Shown here: positions 1-9,288 of the stretch, piece after piece
Position numbering within the stretch: position 1 is the first letter of the stretch
How the letters are laid out: the number at the start of each line of letters is the position of its first letter
From: Bacillota bacterium
GTDB lineage: Bacteria > Bacillota > Clostridia > Acetivibrionales > JAMNYG01
Length of the DNA stretch: 64,000 nucleotides
NCBI GenBank assembly: GCA_023622945.1
Contig: JAMNYG010000056.1
Span: 284 to 64,283 of the forward strand
Reading direction: 5' to 3'
The notes under the pieces: generated by a model
What the model was told of the DNA's origin: nothing
Database searches by the model: none
What the model saw: the letters and a program-made list of their open reading frames with translations, nothing else
Made by a program: the position numbers and the translations under genes

Positions 1-1
1 A

Positions 2-433
2 TACGAAAGAGCTATAAGCAGTATAGATAACCGGCTGGAGATTTACTCCAGGGCCTGCCCGCTTTTTGTACCGCTGGCCGAAGAAGGCTGGTGGGAAAAC
101 GATATAGCTCTCAGAATAGCCGAGGAATATCTGTTGCCTTTAAAGGAACAGGGCATTGACACCCTGGTGCTGGGCTGTACCCATTATCCTCTGCTTCAGA
201 ATACAATTGCCAGGGTTATGGGGGAGAATGTCAGGCTTGTAAGTTCAGGACGTGAAGTGGCCAAAGTTGTGAGGGATCTGATAAATAAAAACGGATGTCA
301 AAGAGACAGCAAAATAAAGCCTGTTTACAGATATTATACCAGTGACAGCGTGGAGAAGTTTGAGACTCTGGGAAGCTGTTTTCTCGGGAAAGAGATACAC
401 TCGGCAGAAAAAGTGGATATTGAGAAATACTAA
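2..433 (+). CDS. murI: Glutamate racemase, C-terminal ~143 aa (N-terminus lies upstream of the window)
   Basis: The frame is open from nt 2. The translation ...YSRACPLFVPLAEEGWWEND...IDTLVLGCTHYPLL... carries the MurI hallmark segments, including the second catalytic Cys (GCTHYP). Stop TAA at 431-433. Confidence 0.9.
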   Translation, partial: YERAISSIDNRLEIYSRACPLFVPLAEEGWWENDIALRIAEEYLLPLKEQGIDTLVLGCTHYPLLQNTIARVMGENVRLVSSGREVAKVVRDLINKNGCQRDSKIKPVYRYYTSDSVEKFETLGSCFLGKEIHSAEKVDIEKY

Positions 434-452
434 TTCCGGAGGTGCATGTACT

Positions 453-920
453 GTGAACAAAGACGTAATAATATCCGTAAGGGGCGCCCAATATGGAGAA
501 AATCACACTGTCGACACTATAGAACTGATAACCCAGGGGAAATACTTTAAAAAGGGAGACGATTATTATATAACCTACAGGGAAAGCGAAGTAACGGGCA
601 TGGAAGGAACAACCACCACCCTCAAGATTTCTGATGGCGTTATAACGTTGATGCGCTTTGGTGCGGTGAATTCACAGTTTGTTTTTGAACAGGGAAAAAA
701 ACATATATCCTATTACGACACCCTGTATGGTGCATTTACCATCGGAGTTTTTGCCAATGAGGTTGACATAAAAATAAACGAACGGGGAGGAGAAATCAAG
801 GTAGATTATCACCTTGAAATTGACAACAACAGACACGGAGAAAACGATTTTCATATGTTCATAAGAGAGGTAGGGAGCACCGATGACAAACACAATAGAG
901 AATTTAAGAAAGGAAATTGA
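453..920 (+). CDS. DUF1934 (YwiB-like) small beta-barrel protein
   Basis: GTG at 453 lies 8 nt after GGAGGTG (438-444). The product VNKDVIISVRGAQYGENHTVDTIELITQGKYFKKGDDYYITYRESE... looks like the YwiB/DUF1934 family, which typically precedes argS in Firmicutes. It overlaps the argS start by 38 nt. Confidence 0.75.
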   Translation: MNKDVIISVRGAQYGENHTVDTIELITQGKYFKKGDDYYITYRESEVTGMEGTTTTLKISDGVITLMRFGAVNSQFVFEQGKKHISYYDTLYGAFTIGVFANEVDIKINERGGEIKVDYHLEIDNNRHGENDFHMFIREVGSTDDKHNREFKKGN

Positions 921-2531
921 GGTTGTAATCAGAAAAGCAGTTGAAAAGGCTGAGAACGCCGGCGAAATTCCCCAAATAGGGATAGACCAGGTGATAATAG
1001 AAACTCCGAGGGAGAAAGAGCACGGGGACTTTTCAACCAACATTGCCATGCAGGCTGCAAAACAGGCTAAAATGCCTCCCAGGAAAATCGCTGAAGCAAT
1101 CATCAGGAACATGGATTTATAAATTTCCGCCTGAAGACAGGCTGGCTTTACAAAACCCTGGAGATCATCCAAGAGGAGAGAGAGGACTACGGCAGGATAG
1201 ACATAGGACACGGAAAGCGGGTCATGGTGGAATTTGTGAGTGCAAATCCTACGGGACCACTCCATATGGGAAATGCCAGAGGAGGAGCGCTGGGAGATTG
1301 TATAGCCAGTGTACTTGATGCAGCAGGATATGATGTTACCAGGGAGTTTTATATAAATGATGCAGGAAACCAGATAGAAAAGTTCGGAATATCGCTGGAA
1401 GCAAGGTATATACAGCTTTTAAAGGGAGAAGACGCCGTAGAATTTCCCGAAGACGGATACCACGGCGAGGATATTATTGAGCATGCAAGAGACTATATCA
1501 GGCAATACGGTGACGTTCTCCTGAACATGGACCCGGAAGAGAGACGTAAAAAGCTGGTTGAATTTGCCCTGCCAAAGAATTTGACCAGTATAAGAGAGAC
1601 CCTTGAAAGCTATGGAATAAAATATGACGTATGGTTTTCCGAACAATCCCTTTATGACAGCGGTGAAGTGGAAGATACCCTTAAAATCCTCAGCGAAAGG
1701 GGCTATACCTACGAAAAGGACGGTGCTATCTGGTTAAAGACTTCTGAGCTGGGATGCGAAAAGGATGAAGTCCTCATCCGCAATAACGGCGTTCCCACTT
1801 ATTTTGCATCGGATATAGCATACCACAGAAACAAGTTTGAGAAGCGTAAATTTGACTGGGTGATAAATCTATGGGGCGCAGACCACCACGGGCATGTGGC
1901 CAGGATGAAGGGTGCCATGAAAGCGTTAGGCCTTGATCCGGACAAGCTTGATGTGGTTATTTTCCAGCTGGTGCGCCTTTACAGAAACGGTGAGATTGCC
2001 AGGATGTCAAAAAGGACGGGTAAATCCATAACCTTAAGCGATCTCCTGGAGGAAGTTGGAAGGGATGCTGCAAGGTTTTTCTTCAATATGAAGGCATCAG
2101 GAAACCATCTTGATTTTGACCTGGACCTTGCGGTGAAAAAGTCCAATGAAAACCCGGTTTACTACGTACAATACGCTCACGCCAGGATATGCAGCATGAT
2201 GAGGATACTTGAAAGCGAGGGAATAAGACCTCCCGGCGTGGGTGAAGCAAATCTCCGGTTGCTCCGGAAGACCGAGGAATTGGAGCTGATGAGGAAACTG
2301 GCAGAATATCCCGAAGAGATAAGGATTTCAGCCCAAACCCTTGAACCGAGCAGACTTACCAGGTATGTTATGGATGTGGCAGGGCTTTTCCACAGCTTCT
2401 ATAATGCCTGCAGGGTTAAGGGAGAAGAAGAGGAGCTGATGAAAGCAAGGCTTGTGCTTGTTGACTGTACCAGGACGGTTATAAGGAATGTCCTTAACCT
2501 TTTGAGCATAGAGGCACCGGAGAGGATGTAG
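883..2531 (+). pseudogene. argS: Arginyl-tRNA synthetase, interrupted by an internal deletion and frameshift near 1113-1122
   Basis: ORF 883-1122 (MTNTIENLRKEIEVV...PRKIAEAIIRNMDL*) is the N-terminal Add-1 domain. A different frame, open from 1095, reads GFINFRLKTGWLYKTLEIIQEEREDYGRIDIGHGKRVMVEFVSANPTGPLHMGNARGG... from 1113 to the stop at 2531. That part holds the HIGH-type motif PLHMGN, MSKRTG and the anticodon-binding domain. The roughly 13-15 aa that normally link ...MD to AGPGFINF are absent and the two parts are out of frame. The longest ATG-initiated piece is 1224-2531. Confidence 0.85.
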
Positions 2532-2743
2532 CTTTAGAGAAGCATTGGCTTTTTGAGAACTTTAAGAGAAGCAATAACTTTCAGTGAAGTTTAGGAGAAA
2601 TATCAGCATTTGGGTAAGAATAAAAGGGGTACTTGCAGAATGCTTATTGTATTTGCGGAATGTTTATTACATGTCTGGAATTTTCCACCAGAATTTTGTT
2701 AAGTCCCTTATAAAATTTATAAAGTCCCCTCATAAACATATTA

Positions 2744-2783
2744 AAATAAATAGCCGATATATAAGATGCGGCTATTTATTTTT
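2744..2783 (+). terminator. Rho-independent terminator candidate downstream of argS
   Basis: 13-bp perfect stem AAATAAATAGCCG (2744-2756) / CGGCTATTTATTT (2769-2781) with a 12-nt loop, running into a T tract. The A tract on the 5' side makes it potentially bidirectional. Confidence 0.6.
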
Positions 2784-2883
2784 GGGTATCAAAGCGGAAT
2801 ATTCGACCAGGTTTTGAACATTAAGAAATTTCAAACGTCTAAAATTCTAAACAGAAAAATCTTATTTATGAAAGGGATATGAG

Positions 2884-5800
2884 ATGCTGGTCAATGGGAT
2901 AGGATTTAAAAAGTTCTGTCAGAAATTAACCGCCTTTGTAATTTCGGCTCTGATGCTTACTGCCTGTTTATCGTCTCAGGCGGCATCCACTTCCGAAACA
3001 CCCGAGGCTTTTTATACAGGCATTGAAGGAGTATCGGTCATATTAAACAACCTGAGCTTTACCGATCTGGGAAACATTGATGAAAACACAAGAAGGGCAA
3101 TTTATGAAACAGGGGCTCTGAACATTTTCAAAAGTTACGGAAGAAGGACCTTTGGCCTCAATGATCCGGTTCAGAAGGACGAAGCCATGGCCATGGCATA
3201 CACCCTTGCGGGCAGGGAGTCAGAGGTCCAGAAAACAGGAGAATCAATAAACAGTTCAAGACCTGCCGGAGAGAGAAAAAGCGATCCTTTGGAAGTTTGG
3301 CAGGACGGAGCTTTATGGTTGGCTGCCCGGGAAGGCATAATATCGGCAAATGACCTGAACGACGCTCTTTTGCAGGATCAGTCCGACCTGCCCCAGGGAA
3401 GCTTCAACAGGAACGATCCTGTTACACGCCAGGAATTTGCTGCATGGCTGGCCAAGGTTTTGAAATTGCAGCCCATATCCGACCAGCAGAAGTTGTTCAA
3501 CAGCTACAGGGACTGGATGAGGGCTGATCCCGACAAGATCCCGTATATCGAAGCAATGCTTCAGAACGACATAATGAGCGGAGACGACAGGGGATATTTC
3601 TATCCCCTCCAGGCCGTTACCAGAAGACAGGCTGTGGAGATTGCAAGAAATGCTTCAAGATATCATCTTACATCTTTAAAACTTATAAAAACCGGTACCA
3701 TTGAAAAGATTACCGTGAAAAAGGATTTTTCTTCAGAAGGTCCTGCTGATGTAAAGATATTGGATGTCAGAAACAGCAATGGTTACCTGCACAGGATAAC
3801 TTTGAGAATTCCGGCTGCCAACTCAGGCATGAATGTCAACGGGATCAACGATACAATTGCTTCGCAGGGAGAAAATGACCTGGTGGTTTTAAAGGGCGAA
3901 GTTTTGGGAAACAGCAGCCTTCTTAAGACAGGAGACAGAATAGAGTACATACTTTCCCAGGATAATACCGTCAGGTTTGTATATGTGTTTTCCAGCGCCA
4001 ATGAAATCAGGTACCTTCTTGCGAGGATAAACGGTATCGACAGGGAGAATCTTAAACTGGATGTTACACAGATTTCGGAACTAGAATATCCCAACGTCGA
4101 TTTGGGAACAGGAAGCGAATCTTTTGATATAAACAGCGGACAAATAGACGCCATATACACTTACAGCAACAATATAGAGGTTTATGAAGGAGACAGCAGG
4201 TCTGACATAAAGAATATAGCACCCGGGATTACCGCCATACTGACCGTAAGAGGAGATAACATGGTCACGGGGCTTAAAGCTGTGGAGCTGAATCTGGGTA
4301 AAGTACAGCAGGGAATAGTGGCAGGAATAGTTGAGGACAATAATCCCCAGCTGGGGTACATAACCCTGTACAATGAAGACGGCACAGGAATAAGTCCCCA
4401 GGCACGCCGGCAGATGCTTTTAAGGCGCACTTTCATCTATTACGACACTTACGGCATAGAAGTGCTGAAAGACGGGCAAAAAGCGGGCATAGACGATGTG
4501 GAACCGGGGGATTCGGTATTTTTGCAGCTGGATGACGATGGCTACGTAAAGGCAATAAGTGCGGTCAGCAACTATACTGTCAGATACGGAAGGGTGATAT
4601 CCAAGCGCCCCTCCGGAATTACCGTCAGGTTTGAAAACGGTAACAGCCAGGTGCTGAGCGTGGATGATTCGGTGATTGTTGTAGCAGACGGGAGGCTCTC
4701 GGACTACAGCAATGTAAAGGACGGTGACAGAGTGAAGCTGATCCTCCATATTACTCCCAGATCAACAAAGGTAAAGGAAATAGTGGTGGAGGACAGCAGG
4801 CATTACATGACCGGGATATACAAAGGCCAGGTTTTGTACATAAATCCCATGTCAAATACCGTGGTGCTACAAAACCTTGAGGCTTTTGACAGGGGAAGAT
4901 GGGTAAAAGGCGGACAAAACCTTTTTACCGGAATAAAGCTTGCCGATGAATACAGCCTGTACTTCAGAGGAAGGGAAATAAGCCTTAAAGAATCGGACCG
5001 GCTTGGAGGTCTGAACGCTTACATTGCTGTTCAAAAGGATTATGGCGGAGAGGAAAAGGCCGTTGTGGTTTCATTTATGAACGGTTATGACGCTGAAGTG
5101 ACCTATGATGACAGCGTAAGAAGCGTTGCCTATGGTTCAGGGGAAATCAGGCTGTTTAAGGAAAACAGGAGCATAAAATACGACGAAGGTTCCATAATTA
5201 TCAAGGACGGCAGGCTTGTCACCGGAAGCAGTATTGAACAGTCAGACACGGTTTATGTCAGCGCCGTAAGGGACTATAGCAGCAGCAATTTTTATGCCGG
5301 AGTGATACAGATAGAAAAAAGATCTGGCGGCAGCGGCTTTGACATTTACAGGGGACGCATCAGGTCCATAGAGGAGGGAAGGAGCTTCACGGTTGAATCC
5401 TTCTCAAGGTTTGAGGGTAATTCATGGAAATACTTCAATACTCCAAAGACCTTCAACATTACCTACGATACCAGGCTCCTGGATGAAAACGGCGTAGCCA
5501 GCATGGGAAATTTCGTAGGGTACGGTGAGAACAGCTATTTAGGCAAGGTGGTTTATATCGTTGCTTCCGATTTGGAATCTGTGGTCATAAGCACGGCACC
5601 CTTCGGTCCCGAGGGGACCACCGTAAAAGGTACCGTTTATGAGATGGCCGGAGGATCAACAGGAGAAGAAGGCACCGTAACAGAAGAGCCCGATGAGCTC
5701 AAAATATATGACACTGCTGTTTACGATGCTGCCAGGGATGAATGGAAGGATGGAAGCGAAATGACCCTGTCCATTCTGAAAAACAGCATAATCCTTAAGG

Positions 5801-5907
5801 ACGGAAGGATTATCAGGCCATCAGAAATAAAAAAAGGAGACAGGGTGAAAGTATACCGAAAAGGAAGCGGGTCTATAGGAGAAGCTTACATTATTCTGGT
5901 GGAATAA
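2884..5907 (+). CDS. Large secreted or wall-anchored protein with N-terminal SLH-like modules (1007 aa), possible lipoprotein
   Basis: The signal peptide ends in a lipobox-like LTAC. Three SLH-like modules follow (e.g. NDPVTRQEFAAWLAKVLKL and FYPLQAVTRRQAVEIARNA). The remaining ~750 aa are beta-rich with recurring GD(R/S)V motifs (TGDRIEY, PGDSVFL, DGDRVKL, KGDRVKV). RBS AAAGGGA lies upstream of the ATG. Confidence 0.8.
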   Translation: MLVNGIGFKKFCQKLTAFVISALMLTACLSSQAASTSETPEAFYTGIEGVSVILNNLSFTDLGNIDENTRRAIYETGALNIFKSYGRRTFGLNDPVQKDEAMAMAYTLAGRESEVQKTGESINSSRPAGERKSDPLEVWQDGALWLAAREGIISANDLNDALLQDQSDLPQGSFNRNDPVTRQEFAAWLAKVLKLQPISDQQKLFNSYRDWMRADPDKIPYIEAMLQNDIMSGDDRGYFYPLQAVTRRQAVEIARNASRYHLTSLKLIKTGTIEKITVKKDFSSEGPADVKILDVRNSNGYLHRITLRIPAANSGMNVNGINDTIASQGENDLVVLKGEVLGNSSLLKTGDRIEYILSQDNTVRFVYVFSSANEIRYLLARINGIDRENLKLDVTQISELEYPNVDLGTGSESFDINSGQIDAIYTYSNNIEVYEGDSRSDIKNIAPGITAILTVRGDNMVTGLKAVELNLGKVQQGIVAGIVEDNNPQLGYITLYNEDGTGISPQARRQMLLRRTFIYYDTYGIEVLKDGQKAGIDDVEPGDSVFLQLDDDGYVKAISAVSNYTVRYGRVISKRPSGITVRFENGNSQVLSVDDSVIVVADGRLSDYSNVKDGDRVKLILHITPRSTKVKEIVVEDSRHYMTGIYKGQVLYINPMSNTVVLQNLEAFDRGRWVKGGQNLFTGIKLADEYSLYFRGREISLKESDRLGGLNAYIAVQKDYGGEEKAVVVSFMNGYDAEVTYDDSVRSVAYGSGEIRLFKENRSIKYDEGSIIIKDGRLVTGSSIEQSDTVYVSAVRDYSSSNFYAGVIQIEKRSGGSGFDIYRGRIRSIEEGRSFTVESFSRFEGNSWKYFNTPKTFNITYDTRLLDENGVASMGNFVGYGENSYLGKVVYIVASDLESVVISTAPFGPEGTTVKGTVYEMAGGSTGEEGTVTEEPDELKIYDTAVYDAARDEWKDGSEMTLSILKNSIILKDGRIIRPSEIKKGDRVKVYRKGSGSIGEAYIILVE

Positions 5908-6032
5908 TAGGCGAGCTCTTACAGTGGTGAAACAAGCCGGTTATCTTAGCGGAAAGATGAGCAAGTCATCATAGTGTGAAAAAGCGAGATGTCATATTGT
6001 GACAATAAGCGAGGGAGTAGGGGGTATTACGG

Positions 6033-7625
6033 ATGAAGAAGACGATTAAGAGGCTTATAAGCCTGGTGGCTGCGGTGTGTTTGCTTCTGCCTTCCGTCGT
6101 TTATGCCAGGCACGGTGACGGCGGATATGAAGGCGGTATTTCCTCGGGAGAAGCTCCGGGCAAAACCCAGTATGAATACCAGGAGGTTTGCTTCCTGAGC
6201 GGGGAACCTGTTGTATTAACAGGTACCCTTACCGTCAAAAAGACCATAAAACAGAACACTATATCAACTACATATACATATGAACTCCAAAACATCGATA
6301 AGTCTGCGTCTTTGAGGAGGACGCTTACACATAGATCCATCCTTACCGAAAAGGATAACGGACAGATTATCGAAGAGGTTTATCTGACAGGCAGACCTTC
6401 TGAAACAGTAAGGATAGGAAACACGACATACACTTTAAGCAGCTATGATTTTACAAAATCCAGCCTCCTGGATCCCAATCCCGCCATTCACTACTTTGCA
6501 GGCAACCTTTGGGGGAAAAAGATATACAGGGCCAGCGGAGGAAATGTAAGCAGCGGCACTGTAATAGTTGAAGTGACGGGAAATTACTACGGGTATGACC
6601 AGTATTGGGGGAATACCGAAGTTCAGACTTTAAAATACCTGATACAGAGTCAGCTGAGGAAGGGCAACATTATCGACAGATGGGGAGGTACTGCCGATGT
6701 TGTGATATCTGCCTCTACTTCCCAGGAGTTGAAATACATAAAGAATGAACCTGAAGTGATGAGTTTTGAAGGAGGATACCTCCTTGAACAGAAAAACAGC
6801 AGCATAATGGAATACGACTGCAGACTGCCGGAATTTGACTCTTCCGGAATTTCAACCGGTAAAATGATAAGGACCCAGGACAGTCTGAAAATAGAGAGTT
6901 TTCCCGTTCAGAAAAGGCTTCCTGTACCTCAGTTAAACCATCTGAGGGGTCATCCCCAGGAAGAATACATAAACAAGCTTTTCAGTCTGGAGGTTTTCAA
7001 AGGCAACGGCTCAAAGTTCAATCCTTCCAGCTATATGACCAGGGCTGAATTTACGGCTGCTCTTGTAGAAGCTGCAAAGGAAGTTCCCAGCGACCTGACC
7101 GATGCCAAAGGAACACAGTCGGTTCTGAATGCATCATCTGCCGCAAGGACGCCGGCAACGGCCACTGCAAGATATACAGCCCTGAGAGGAAGAAAAACGG
7201 AGCCCGAGGTGGTTTCACCGTTTTTGGATGTAAGCGTTGACGACATTTATTTCAGCCAGATAGAAAGTGCTTATAAAAGAGGGCTTGTGACAGGAGTTTT
7301 GGGGAATATATTTAAACCCAACGAATACATAACTGTTGCAGAAGCGTTGACAGCGTTTATAAACGCTTTGGGTCTGGAAAACCTTGCTCCCAACCCTGTT
7401 CCGGTCACAACCTTCAGGGACAACGATGAAATTCCCCTGTATGCAAGAAAAGCAGTGTATGTTGCAGAAAAGACTGGTATAATTGAAGGTGACAAAAACG
7501 GATATCTGAGGCCCAACAGTGAACTTACAAAGGGACAGGCCGCCCAGCTGCTGTCAAGGTTCATTGATTACATGCGCCAGGATATCCGCAGGGATTTCAG
7601 GGAACACATAGTCAATTACTACTAG
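6033..7625 (+). CDS. Secreted protein with three C-terminal SLH domains (530 aa)
   Basis: Signal peptide KRLISLVAAVCLLLPSVVYA, then an unassigned ~300-aa N-terminal region. SLH modules are FNPSSYMTRAEFTAALVEA, FKPNEYITVAEALTAFINAL and LRPNSELTKGQAAQLLSRF. RBS AGGGGGT lies 7 nt upstream. Confidence 0.85.
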   Translation: MKKTIKRLISLVAAVCLLLPSVVYARHGDGGYEGGISSGEAPGKTQYEYQEVCFLSGEPVVLTGTLTVKKTIKQNTISTTYTYELQNIDKSASLRRTLTHRSILTEKDNGQIIEEVYLTGRPSETVRIGNTTYTLSSYDFTKSSLLDPNPAIHYFAGNLWGKKIYRASGGNVSSGTVIVEVTGNYYGYDQYWGNTEVQTLKYLIQSQLRKGNIIDRWGGTADVVISASTSQELKYIKNEPEVMSFEGGYLLEQKNSSIMEYDCRLPEFDSSGISTGKMIRTQDSLKIESFPVQKRLPVPQLNHLRGHPQEEYINKLFSLEVFKGNGSKFNPSSYMTRAEFTAALVEAAKEVPSDLTDAKGTQSVLNASSAARTPATATARYTALRGRKTEPEVVSPFLDVSVDDIYFSQIESAYKRGLVTGVLGNIFKPNEYITVAEALTAFINALGLENLAPNPVPVTTFRDNDEIPLYARKAVYVAEKTGIIEGDKNGYLRPNSELTKGQAAQLLSRFIDYMRQDIRRDFREHIVNYY

Positions 7626-7635
7626 GGGGGTTATT

Positions 7636-9129
7636 ATGAAAGCCGGACTGAAAAGATTGCTTGTCATACTGGTGCTGGTGGTATGCCTTGTAATACCTCA
7701 GGGAGCCTTCGCCCGTGCAGCCGAAGATGCAGAGGATATAGATTTAGGCTACATTAAGGGCGTGTTTAAAATGATCAGGGAAAAGTACGGGGACGGTGTT
7801 ACCGACGCCCAACTGTTTGAAGGAGCTATCAGGGGGATGTTGGGCGCGGTTGACGATTATACTACATATTTCGACATGGATGAGGCCAACAGCTTTCTTT
7901 CAGGGATTAACGGAGTGTATGAAGGTATAGGCGCTTCCATATCAAAAATCGGTGATTACGTGACCGTAATAAAAGTTTTTCCTGCTTCTCCGGCCGAAAA
8001 AGCCGGAATTTTATCCGGAGACAGGATTGCTTCAGTTGACGGAAAAAGCGTTTTTGGAGCGTCACTGGAAGAAGTGCAGAGCCTGCTCATGGGCAAAGCG
8101 GGTACAAAGGTATCAATAGGTGTTCTCAGGGGCAATTCCGGAGGAATTAAAACAATAGAAGTAGTCAGGGATAAAATAGTTGTCAATCCGGTATCATATG
8201 AAATCAACGGCAGAATCGCATATATAAAGCTGGATTCCTTTAATGCCAATGCAGATGAATTTTTGGGAAAAGCCCTTGAAGACATAGACAGAAAGAGAAT
8301 ACGCAAGGTGATCCTTGACCTGAGGGACAACCCCGGAGGATTGCTGGATGAGGCAATTGCCGTAGCAAGAAGGTTTGTGCCCAAAGGACTGATAACAAAG
8401 CTGGATTATTATTCTCCCAGGGAGGCTGACCAGGAATATTACTCAAACCTTGCAAAGACCAAGTACCAGCTTGTAGTGCTGGTTAACGGAAGAACCGCAA
8501 GCGCTTCTGAAATCCTGGCCGGGGCCATACAGGATACCGGAGCAGGTATTTTGGTAGGAACCAAAACTTTTGGAAAGGCTAAGGTTCAGAAGACCTACCA
8601 GATGTTGACCCCTGAAGCTCATAAAAAATACAGGGACATGCTGGGGGAGGATGTGGTCAATACCTACGACCTGATCGTAAACCATAAGATTATTCCATTT
8701 GTCAGCGAAGTCGGAGGTTATGCAAAAATAACCGTTGGGGAATATATAACCCCCGGAGGGAGAATGATAGACGGGCAGGGTATAATGCCGGATATTGTTG
8801 TGGATGATTACGGTCTGGTAAACGATATTGACATACGAAGCATACAGAAACTTTCAAAAACTTCAAATCTTGACATTAACAGTGAAGGTCTGGATGTATA
8901 CAATGCGGAGAAGATTTTAAGGGCTTTGGGATATTCCGTAAACTACCCTGATTTCAAACTGGATTTAAGGACCAAAAGGGCTATAGAGAAATTTAAGGAG
9001 GATAATCAACTGAAGTCTGATGGACTCCTCGATATTGTTACCCAGGATGCTCTGAACCGAAAACTGGAGCAGTTGATACTGGAAGTGGACAGGCAGTATG
9101 CAAAAGCGGTTGAGATATTGAAAAACTGA
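7636..9129 (+). CDS. Carboxy-terminal processing protease (peptidase S41) with PDZ and a C-terminal peptidoglycan-binding-like domain
   Basis: Signal peptide, PDZ segment (VIKVFPASPAEKAGILSGDRIASVDGKSV) and S41 core (LVVLVNGRTASASEILAGAIQD...GTKTFGKA). The C-terminal segment LRALGYSVNYPD...RAIEKFKEDNQLKSDGLLD resembles a PG_binding_1 repeat. It starts 11 nt after the upstream stop. Confidence 0.9.
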   Translation: MKAGLKRLLVILVLVVCLVIPQGAFARAAEDAEDIDLGYIKGVFKMIREKYGDGVTDAQLFEGAIRGMLGAVDDYTTYFDMDEANSFLSGINGVYEGIGASISKIGDYVTVIKVFPASPAEKAGILSGDRIASVDGKSVFGASLEEVQSLLMGKAGTKVSIGVLRGNSGGIKTIEVVRDKIVVNPVSYEINGRIAYIKLDSFNANADEFLGKALEDIDRKRIRKVILDLRDNPGGLLDEAIAVARRFVPKGLITKLDYYSPREADQEYYSNLAKTKYQLVVLVNGRTASASEILAGAIQDTGAGILVGTKTFGKAKVQKTYQMLTPEAHKKYRDMLGEDVVNTYDLIVNHKIIPFVSEVGGYAKITVGEYITPGGRMIDGQGIMPDIVVDDYGLVNDIDIRSIQKLSKTSNLDINSEGLDVYNAEKILRALGYSVNYPDFKLDLRTKRAIEKFKEDNQLKSDGLLDIVTQDALNRKLEQLILEVDRQYAKAVEILKN

Positions 9130-9288
9130 GGTTAGCATCAAAAGGCCAATTAAGCCTGACAGCAAAAAGCCAATAAGGTTACGGCAAACACCCGGTTGCG
9201 GTTAAGAATAAATTGTAAACTTCCAATCCAGGTTAAAAATGCAAACGTTCAGTTCAGGTAAAACAGTAAGTGTGAAAGAGGTAGTTTT

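Noticed and set aside
1113-1122. Programmed -1 ribosomal frameshift at GAT-TTA-TAA joining the two argS frames
   Set aside because: A -1 slip on TTA would give ...NMDL-INFRLK. That product would still lack the ~14 residues, including the conserved AGPGF strand, found in intact ArgRS. There is no canonical X-XXY-YYZ heptamer and no downstream stimulatory structure. A deletion between GGATTTA repeats explains the junction more simply.
2584-2817. 77-aa plus-strand ORF in the argS downstream spacer
   Set aside because: It runs through echo repeats and the terminator hairpin, has no RBS, and its composition is not protein-like. The same applies to 12995-13294, 16840-17100 (-), 16957-17172, 28727-28948, 45688-45972 (-) and 51171-51512.
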